A stretch of DNA of 10,501 nt, taken from NCBI GenBank assembly GCA_046760505.1, contig JBHIEG010000043.1, positions 1-10,501 on the forward strand. The letters run 5' to 3'. The DNA is from Candidatus Hydrothermarchaeota archaeon. GTDB lineage: Archaea > CAYFZR01. Shown one piece after another: positions 1 through 6,097 of this stretch. The first letter of the stretch is position 1; each line of letters starts with the position of its first letter. The position numbers and the translations under genes are program-made. The notes under the pieces are model-generated. The model did no database searches. It was not told where the DNA came from and saw nothing but the letters and a program-made list of their open reading frames with translations.

Positions 1-1
1 A

Positions 2-41
2 CAAATCTCAAAGAATCTCAATGAGTTTCAATAAATCTCAA
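2..41. repeat. 10-bp-period degenerate tandem repeat (4 units, consensus nnAATCTCAA), possibly truncated by the window edge
   Basis: Units caaatctcaa (2-11), agaatctcaa (12-21), tgagtttcaa (22-31), taaatctcaa (32-41). Confidence 0.75.
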
Positions 42-45
42 TATC

Positions 46-75
46 ATTCATTTGACATTTGGATTTTGAGCTTTG
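46..75 (-). repeat. Heptamer-periodic dispersed repeat arm (CAAAGCT CAAAATC CAAATGT CAAATGA AT on minus strand)
   Basis: The reverse complement matches 10456-10485 at 25/30 positions without gaps. It starts 5 nt after the stop codon of the 81..899 gene. Confidence 0.75.
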
Positions 76-80
76 TTTTT

Positions 81-899
81 TTATTTTCTCAGGTCTTTTA
101 CCTTAATTATTCCCCCTGAATCTTGGGCAATGTACAAATAGCCTTCCTCATCCCTGGCAAGTCCTTCCTGATTGTCCCCAAGAAAAGCATATTCTTTGGC
201 TAATTTTCCTTCCAGGGTTATCTCCACCAAGATGTTATCTGCATCGCTGACAACATTTAAGAGTCCTGCTTTAGAATCATAATACATAGCTGCAGGGTCA
301 TCCATTTTGAAGGGTAAAACCCTGGTAATCCGAGCTTCCGCAGTCTCAGCTTGGCTTGATTTTAGAGGAACCAGAATTTCCATTATACAAGGAGGATCGT
401 CTTGATTACCCACATAGAAAGTTCCTCCTTCAGGATGATTTTCATTCGAGATAAAAGCAATGGATTCAATGCCGTTATCATAGTCCTTCTCCTGCTTTTG
501 GAGAAAGTTGGGATCGCCTTGGAATTCTCTATTAACGGGAAATTTTCGGGTGACTTCTTTCTTATCAGGGTCAAACTCAAGGATGATGTCCTCTCCCTCT
601 ATTATTAGGTATAGAAGCCCTGATTGAGGGTTAACTGTTACTCCTTCCAAATCTCCAGGAATCTTTAAATTAAAAACAGGCGTTCCATCAGTCTCCATCT
701 CAACAATCTTTCCCTCATCACTCACTACAAAAAGAGTTTTCCTAAGGGGATGAAAACAAATACCAGAAGGCTCGACAAAATTTTGCTGGTCAATGTTTCC
801 AAGCCATGTATAAGGAAATCGAATTGTTGGGGAATATTTTGCCGGCAAACAATTGGCTAATAGGATTAAGGCACTCAACAAGAAAAACCTTATTTTCAT
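81..899 (-). CDS. SdiA-regulated/YjiK-like beta-propeller protein, probable lipoprotein
   Basis: 272-aa ORF with AAGGAG RBS (908-913). Hydrophobic N-terminus ends in LLAN-C17 (lipobox-like). Repeated blade motifs EPSGICF..LFVVSDEG, DLEGVT, NGIESIAF, LNVVSD and QEGLARDEEGYLYIAQD are typical of the SdiA-regulated family. Confidence 0.8.
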   Translation of the reverse strand: MKIRFFLLSALILLANCLPAKYSPTIRFPYTWLGNIDQQNFVEPSGICFHPLRKTLFVVSDEGKIVEMETDGTPVFNLKIPGDLEGVTVNPQSGLLYLIIEGEDIILEFDPDKKEVTRKFPVNREFQGDPNFLQKQEKDYDNGIESIAFISNENHPEGGTFYVGNQDDPPCIMEILVPLKSSQAETAEARITRVLPFKMDDPAAMYYDSKAGLLNVVSDADNILVEITLEGKLAKEYAFLGDNQEGLARDEEGYLYIAQDSGGIIKVKDLRK

Positions 900-1006
900 T
901 CTCTATTCTCCTTTAAATAAATTATATTAGCAAGAGATTTAAAAAAAGCCAAATATCATTTATTTATTTTTAAGGCAATCACTTTTTCTTTACCTCGAAA
1001 AGAAAA

Positions 1007-1034
1007 TTTATAACATTAAAAAAATTCATGTCAA
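1007..1034 (-). promoter_or_regulatory. Putative sigma70 promoter for the beta-propeller gene
   Basis: Minus strand TTGACA (1029-1034), 16-nt spacer, TATAAA (1007-1012) preceded by a TGn extended -10. The AT-rich context lowers specificity. Confidence 0.45.
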
Positions 1035-1043
1035 TGTTTTGAT

Positions 1044-1072
1044 TTGATTTTCTAAAAAAATAGAGTTATATT
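1044..1072 (+). promoter_or_regulatory. Putative sigma70 promoter for the kinase-like gene pair
   Basis: TTGATT (1044-1049), 17-nt spacer, TATATT (1067-1072), about 45 nt upstream of ATG 1117. Confidence 0.5.
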
Positions 1073-1116
1073 ATTATCAAAATATTTTGGGGAAAGCTTC
1101 GAATAAGGAGAAAAAA

Positions 1117-1938
1117 ATGAAACGAAAAATTTTTCTTATTATCACTCTATTTCTTCTCATAGCTCAAAGCTATAAGGCCAACGGACAGTTCACTCCTGCT
1201 GAGATTGCCCAAAGGGAAGAAATAGAAAAATTCCTCAAAACTGCAGAGATAGTAAAATACAAAGATATAAGGGAAGGTGTTACAAAGCCGATTGAGGTCT
1301 ACTTAAAAAAGGGAGATGTAGAAAGAAATGGTGTATGGAAGAACCCCAGCGGTATCCAGAAGGGCTACCTTGAAGGATGGCAGTATGAAATCGCTGCTTA
1401 CGAGATGGATAAACTTTTGGGGTTAAATATGGTTCCGCCCACAGTCGAGAGAAGATTTAGGGGGAAGAGAGGGTCTCTTCAGCTTTGGGTTGAGCATGAA
1501 TACAGCGATCTTGAAAGAATGGAACAAAAAATTCAGATTCCTCCTACTAAGTCCGACCATTGGAGCAAAATGAAGTATTTAATGAGAGCTTTTGACAGTT
1601 TGATCGCCAACGAAGACCGAACCCAGCAAAATATCCGCTATACCAAGGATTGGCGTATGATTCTCATCGACCATTCCCGTTCTTTCCGTTCCTCTAAGAA
1701 ATTCACTGAGAAACTCCTTTTTGGAAAGAATGCCGAAGGTCGCCCTCAACCATTCAGAAAACTTCCTCGGGCTTTCGTGGAAAAGATTAAAACCTTGAAC
1801 TTTGATAACATCAAAAAAGCTGTGGGTCCCTATTTGAAGGACAAAGAGATAAAAGCTATTCTCATCCGCAAACAGCTTCTTTTAGAGGAGATCGATGAAA
1901 TGATAAAAGAAAAAGGCGAAGATAAAGTTTTGTATTAA
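1117..1938 (+). CDS. Exported atypical kinase-fold protein (PI3/4-kinase / FAM20-like motifs), paralog 1
   Basis: Start moved from TTG 1087 to ATG 1117 because AAGGAG (1105-1110) precedes it and a signal peptide follows (MKRKIFLIITLFLLIAQSYKANG|QFTP). Motifs: WK (putative beta3 Lys), EIAAYEMDKLLGLNMVPPTVER, GSLQLWV, FDSLIANEDRTQQN, LIDHSRSF. Confidence 0.75.
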   Translation: MKRKIFLIITLFLLIAQSYKANGQFTPAEIAQREEIEKFLKTAEIVKYKDIREGVTKPIEVYLKKGDVERNGVWKNPSGIQKGYLEGWQYEIAAYEMDKLLGLNMVPPTVERRFRGKRGSLQLWVEHEYSDLERMEQKIQIPPTKSDHWSKMKYLMRAFDSLIANEDRTQQNIRYTKDWRMILIDHSRSFRSSKKFTEKLLFGKNAEGRPQPFRKLPRAFVEKIKTLNFDNIKKAVGPYLKDKEIKAILIRKQLLLEEIDEMIKEKGEDKVLY

Positions 1939-2005
1939 TGTCTTATTTTATGCCATATTTAAGATAAATTAATCAGAAAATCTCAATTATGAAGGAGGGG
2001 AAAAG

Positions 2006-2833
2006 ATGAATAAAAGAATCATTACCTTTTTCTTCTTTATAATTTTCCTGGGTTTTCATTTTCAATCCATAGCTCAGTTCACTCCAGAAGAACTGGCAGA
2101 AAGAGCCAAATGGGAAGAATTCCTCAAAACAGCAGAAATTACAAGTTTTTACCAGAAGAAAGGGCGAGAGGCAGTCACTGAACCCTGGGTGCTGACTCTG
2201 GAAAAAGACGGCATCACTAGAGATGCGTTGTGGAAGAACCCAGAGGGCCGGATGAAAGGGTATATTGAAGGCTGGAAATGGGAAATCGCTGCCTACCGAT
2301 TAGACAAGTATTTAGGTCTGAATATGGTCTCACCCACTGTGGAAAGAAGATTTCAGGGAGATCGAGGCTCCTGTCAATTATGGGTGGAATATGAAATGAA
2401 ACTTAGGGAGAAAAATGAGAGAAAAATTAAAATTCCCTCTTACAAAGTCTTCTATTGGAATAGGGCAATCTACTTGCAACGAGCCTTCGATAACTTGATT
2501 GGCAACGAAGACCGTCATGCGGGGAATATTCTCATTACTAAGGATTGGCGTATGATCCTCATCGACCACTCCCGTTCCTTCAGATCTTCCAAAAAATTCA
2601 CTAAAGAACTCATCTTTACCGAGAAACATAAAGAAGGACCAAAGCTTATGAGAGAGCTTCCCCGGGCTTTTGTCGAGAAAATAAAGGCCTTGAATTTTGA
2701 ATTGATAAAAGACATTGTCGGGGAATATTTGAAAGATAAAGAAATTAACGCTGTCCTCACTCGGAAGGAGCTGATACTCAAGGAAATCGACAAACTTATC
2801 CAGAAGCAGGGCGAGGATAAAGTCTTATACTGA
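2006..2833 (+). CDS. Exported atypical kinase-fold protein (PI3/4-kinase / FAM20-like motifs), paralog 2
   Basis: 275 aa with RBS GAAGGAGGGG (1991-2000) and signal peptide ...FHFQSIA|QFTP. Motifs EIAAYRLDKYLGLNMVSPTVER, GSCQLWV, FDNLIGNEDRHAGN, LIDHSRSF. Colinear with paralog 1, including the identical C-terminus GEDKVLY. Confidence 0.8.
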   Translation: MNKRIITFFFFIIFLGFHFQSIAQFTPEELAERAKWEEFLKTAEITSFYQKKGREAVTEPWVLTLEKDGITRDALWKNPEGRMKGYIEGWKWEIAAYRLDKYLGLNMVSPTVERRFQGDRGSCQLWVEYEMKLREKNERKIKIPSYKVFYWNRAIYLQRAFDNLIGNEDRHAGNILITKDWRMILIDHSRSFRSSKKFTKELIFTEKHKEGPKLMRELPRAFVEKIKALNFELIKDIVGEYLKDKEINAVLTRKELILKEIDKLIQKQGEDKVLY

Positions 2834-2837
2834 TTCC

Positions 2838-2860
2838 GAGGCTCAAGCCTCTTTAATTTT
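2838..2860 (+). terminator. Possible weak intrinsic terminator between convergent genes
   Basis: GAGGC-TCAA-GCCTC hairpin (2838-2851) followed by TTTAATTTT, 4 nt after the stop of paralog 2. It overlaps the stop codon of the RsbW-type gene. Confidence 0.3.
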
Positions 2861-3253
2861 CTTATACATAGTCAGAATATTCTGATTATTTTCTCGCTTA
2901 TAATCAAATCCATCCATAAGCTTGGAGGAAAGGAGAATTCCTAATCCACCTTTTTTCTCATTCCTGATGATTTCCCCTATATCAGGCTTCTTCGCTTTTC
3001 TTGGATCAAAAGGAATACCCTTATCCCTTATTTCTAAAAATATCTTTCCCTCTCGATGCCAAGTCTTAAAGGAGATCTCGCCTTTCTCCTTGGGATAGGC
3101 ATATCTGATGATATTTACACATATTTCCAGTAGTGATAGCTCAATTTTATAGTAATCTTTATCTGAAATATTCAATCCCTTGAGATTTTTTTTCAAAAAA
3201 CTTCTTATTTTGTCTAACTCTGTAAGATCACTTGTAATTTTTAATGTCTTCAT
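2843..3253 (-). CDS. RsbW/SpoIIAB-type anti-sigma factor / Ser kinase (HATPase_c_2 ATP-binding protein)
   Basis: 136 aa with GHKL boxes: N box EICVNIIRYAY, G1 box IRDKGIPFDP, G2 box GGLGILL, and C-terminal N-ILTM strand. Confidence 0.88.
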   Translation of the reverse strand: MKTLKITSDLTELDKIRSFLKKNLKGLNISDKDYYKIELSLLEICVNIIRYAYPKEKGEISFKTWHREGKIFLEIRDKGIPFDPRKAKKPDIGEIIRNEKKGGLGILLSSKLMDGFDYKRENNQNILTMYKKIKEA

Positions 3254-3404
3254 TTTGAATTGATCTCTTCTTTTTCAAACACTTTCTTACATATCAAAAA
3301 AAAAGGATTAATTCAACCACATAATTAATTCTGCACTATTCTTCTCTTTAAAATAAAAAGCAAAGTAGTGTCAGAAAGATCAACTAATCAGCCAATACAG
3401 AAAA

Positions 3405-3524
3405 TTACTGACTTTTTAGGGTAGTTAGTCGCTTTTTAGCATCGATTAATTCAGAAATACCAGGGTCAGCATCCTTCCAGAGATTGAGAAATTTCTGATA
3501 ATGCTCTATGGCTTTATCTTTGCC
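3405..3524 (-). pseudogene. Start-less 3' remnant of a kinase-TPR gene (C-terminal capping motif [19 protein letters not shown])
   Basis: Manual translation of minus strand 3524->3405: [39 protein letters not shown]. The frame is closed upstream by TAA at 3546-3548 with no ATG. I recognise the LWKDADP motif as a common C-terminus of bacterial Ser/Thr kinase-TPR proteins. Confidence 0.75.
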
Positions 3525-3583
3525 ACTTGGGAGTAAGGATATCTCTTAAGGTAATCCCTAATCTACCCAAAAAGGGATCTACA

Positions 3584-5824
3584 TTATTGTCTTTGCGAGG
3601 CAAGAAGAGCTCGATACTCAGCCGCCTTATCTTCTTTACTCCAAGCTTCGTACAGTTCGATAAGATAGCTGATCGTCTGCTGAGTCCTTTCATTCTGTTC
3701 ACCCAGGCTATCGCGCAAGACCGGGAGAGCAGCGAGGAGTTGCTCTTCCGCATTTTCAAAACGTTTCAGCTTAATCAGACACGCACCGTACCTGCTTCGA
3801 AGCTTAGCCACATCCTGATTCTTATCACCAAGATACTTCAACCCAATCGATAGAGCCTCGACGAAAATCGGCTCGGCCGCCTTATAATCGCCCTTTTTAT
3901 TCAGCAACTCACCCAGATTGCTTAAGCCTATGGACAACCATGGATGCTGTTTCTTCCGGAGGATGGTAACTGCCTCCCGAAGTAGCAGCTCACTTGACTC
4001 ATAATCCCCTTTTTTCTGAAGAAGCCTGCCAAGATTGTTGAGGTCAATTGCCACATTAAGGTGCTCCTTTCCCAATAGCTTACGGTCAACTTCCAAGATC
4101 TTTCGGAATAGTGGCTCGGCTGCCTCAATGTCGCCTTTATCCTGAATTAACAAAGCCAAGTTATTCAAGATATTCAATACTTCCTCATTTTCGTCTCCAT
4201 GCAATTTGCGTTTAATTGCCAGGGCCTCGCGATAAAGCGATTCAGCCTCATTATAATCACCCAGTTCATGTCTTAATATACCAAGACTAGTTAGCGGTCC
4301 TGCTATATCCGGGTGATCTCGACCAAGTGTGTTTTGAAAAATTTCTAATGCCGACCTTAGCAACTTCTCAGCGTCCTCGTAGTGGCCGAGCCTTAGATAT
4401 GTAATCCCGATTGTATGACGGACTTCTGCCTCTACCTCTGGTTGTTCAACAAAGGACTCGGCGATTTTTTCAGTTGCTGTCTTCAGCGCCTCCACTACTG
4501 TGATATCACGGCTGCTTCCCTCAATCGGGTTTGCTGAACCTAAAGTCTCCATTAGGAACGTGTTGATAGCCATAGCCTTCGTAGCTTCTCTATCGGCTCT
4601 ATCACGCTCGGTGGCAATCCGGGCCGATTGCACTGTCATAGTGATGGCGAATCCCAGAAGCAACACAAACAGTAATCCCACAAAAGCAAATATAGTCTTG
4701 TGTCGCGCTACTAGCTTTTGTAGCTGGTACATGGTGCTGGGAGGGCGAGCCAAGACGGGTTCGTTGCTAATATGCCGCTGGATATCCAGGGCCATAGCAT
4801 TCGCGGTTTCATAGCGGCGTGTACGGTCCTTTTCCATAGCCTTCATGAGAATCCAGTCCAGGTCGCCCTTAAGCTGTCTATGAAGGGAAGTCGGATCTGT
4901 CCGCCTGTGTTCAGCAATTACGCTTTGGGTATCGCCTAGGCTGCTTAGACGAGTGCTGGCCTTTGGTGGATAAGTTTCACGAATGATTCGCTGAATCTCG
5001 CCAAATCCAGCTGATCGGAGTGTTTTTGGGTCAAACGGCAGCACTCCCACCAATAGCTCATAGAGCATGACTCCCAGGGAGTAGATGTCCGTCCGCGTAT
5101 CCACATCTAGACCAGACATCTCTGCTTGTTCAGGACTCATGTACTCAGGTGTCCCGATGAGCTGGCCCTGCTCTGTGTAGAGTGTCTGCTGGGTTAGGCG
5201 ATGATCTATTGCCTTGGCGATGCCAAAGTCGATTATCTTTGGAATAGGCTTATTGTCCTGAACCGTCACCAACACGTTGGAGGGTTTAAGATCACGGTGA
5301 ATCAAACCCTTCTGGTGGGCATGTTGGATCGCATGGCATATCGGAATGAACAGCTCCAGCCGCTCGCGCATGGAGAGTTTATGTTTGTCGCAGTACTCAA
5401 TAATAGGCATTCCACGGACAAGCTCCATCACAAAGTATGGACGCCCTGTCTGGGTGGCTCCACCATCGTAGACCTTGGCGATGTTGGGGTGGTCCATTAC
5501 TGCGAGGGCCTGACGCTCTGCCTCGAAGCGGGCCACAACCTGTTTAGTATCCATCCCTAGTTTAATGATCTTAAGGGCAACGCGTCGTCGGACTGGCTCA
5601 GTCTGTTCGGCCAGAAACACGGCACCCATGCCCCCTTCTCCCAGTTTTTTAATGAGCTTGTACTTTCCAGCCAAAGTTATTCCTGTGGTTAAGTCTTTCA
5701 TGGGTGTCTCGAGAGTCTTAGTATGGCAAACAGAGATTTCATCTGGAGAAGGAAGTGGGGTTGCACACTTACCGCAAAAGCGGGTATCAGCGGGATTATC
5801 AAAATGACATTTGGAGCATTTCAT
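3584..5824 (-). CDS. Membrane-anchored Hanks-type Ser/Thr protein kinase with N-terminal zinc ribbon and C-terminal TPR repeats
   Basis: 746 aa. CSKC..CGKC zinc ribbon; kinase motifs GEGGMG, VALK, HRDLKPSN, DFG, GTPEYMSPEQ, DIYSLG; TM helix TIFAFVGLLFVLLLGFAITMTV; several ~42-aa TPR units (e.g. LNNLALL..GDIEAAEPLFRKILEVDRKLLGKEHLNVA). Confidence 0.95.
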   Translation of the reverse strand: MKCSKCHFDNPADTRFCGKCATPLPSPDEISVCHTKTLETPMKDLTTGITLAGKYKLIKKLGEGGMGAVFLAEQTEPVRRRVALKIIKLGMDTKQVVARFEAERQALAVMDHPNIAKVYDGGATQTGRPYFVMELVRGMPIIEYCDKHKLSMRERLELFIPICHAIQHAHQKGLIHRDLKPSNVLVTVQDNKPIPKIIDFGIAKAIDHRLTQQTLYTEQGQLIGTPEYMSPEQAEMSGLDVDTRTDIYSLGVMLYELLVGVLPFDPKTLRSAGFGEIQRIIRETYPPKASTRLSSLGDTQSVIAEHRRTDPTSLHRQLKGDLDWILMKAMEKDRTRRYETANAMALDIQRHISNEPVLARPPSTMYQLQKLVARHKTIFAFVGLLFVLLLGFAITMTVQSARIATERDRADREATKAMAINTFLMETLGSANPIEGSSRDITVVEALKTATEKIAESFVEQPEVEAEVRHTIGITYLRLGHYEDAEKLLRSALEIFQNTLGRDHPDIAGPLTSLGILRHELGDYNEAESLYREALAIKRKLHGDENEEVLNILNNLALLIQDKGDIEAAEPLFRKILEVDRKLLGKEHLNVAIDLNNLGRLLQKKGDYESSELLLREAVTILRKKQHPWLSIGLSNLGELLNKKGDYKAAEPIFVEALSIGLKYLGDKNQDVAKLRSRYGACLIKLKRFENAEEQLLAALPVLRDSLGEQNERTQQTISYLIELYEAWSKEDKAAEYRALLASQRQ

Positions 5825-5856
5825 AATCTGTTGTTTCCTTTTGTTTATTTGATAAA

Positions 5857-5885
5857 ATAATAATATTTAAAGAGAAAATAGTCAA
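5857..5885 (-). promoter_or_regulatory. Putative sigma70 promoter for the kinase gene
   Basis: Minus strand TTGACT (5880-5885), 17-nt spacer, TATTAT (5857-5862). AAGGAA RBS-like element at 5835-5840. Confidence 0.5.
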
Positions 5886-5912
5886 ATGTAATAACTAAAA
5901 AAATGCTTTAAT

Positions 5913-6035
5913 TGGTATCGCGTCCCTAAGACCAGGTTATCTTATGCTGATTCTCTCCAGGGGTATATGGTGGGATTAATACTTGGAATGAGGTCCGGTT
6001 TTCTTATTAGAAAATTTCTTCCTCTGAAAACTTAA
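5913..6035 (+). pseudogene. Possible 3' remnant of a membrane protein gene (PAP2-like C-terminal spacing)
   Basis: Start-less frame WYRVPKTRLSYADSLQGYMVGLILGMRSGFLIRKFLPLKT*. The R-x9-D-x3-G-x3-G spacing matches the PAP2 C3 motif (SRxxxxxHxxxDxxxGxxxG), but the His position is Leu. Confidence 0.25.
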
Positions 6036-6068
6036 GTAGAATAAAGTGGTTCAAATCCCATCTTCAAG

Positions 6069-6093
6069 CTTTTTTTATAACCTATAAAAAAAG
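6069..6093. terminator. Perfect AT-rich inverted repeat just downstream of the amidohydrolase operon (terminator-like or binding site)
   Basis: CTTTTTTTATA-ACC-TATAAAAAAAG, an 11-bp stem lying 4 nt past the stop at 6098. The stem is too AT-rich for a classical terminator. Confidence 0.3.
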
Positions 6094-6097
6094 AAAA

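Noticed and set aside
1-80. CRISPR array or transposon terminal repeat at the left edge
   Set aside because: Units are 7-10 bp with no unique spacers, and no cas or transposase gene is in the window.
383-608. Short ORFs 383..580 (-) and 402..608 (+)
   Set aside because: Both lie inside the beta-propeller gene and show no motifs. They are shadow ORFs.
1087-1116. TTG start at 1087 given by the ORF track
   Set aside because: It has no RBS. ATG 1117 has a well-spaced AAGGAG and gives a clean signal peptide matching the paralog.
2378-2793. Antisense ORFs 2378..2629 and 2515..2793
   Set aside because: They are antisense to a well-supported CDS and have no recognisable features.
3514-3853. ORFs 3514..3759 (-) and 3527..3853 (+)
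   Set aside because: They largely overlap the kinase 3' end in another frame or strand. The meaningful remnant (3405-3524) is in a different frame from 3514..3759.
3928-5807. Alternative-frame and antisense ORFs within the kinase gene (3928..4128, 4500..4814, 5201..5560, 5565..5807)
   Set aside because: These are expected shadows of a higher-GC coding region and have no independent evidence.
5960-6068. Complete tRNA gene
   Set aside because: Only a T-loop-like motif is present. I could not build a cloverleaf, and there is no CCA end at the expected distance.
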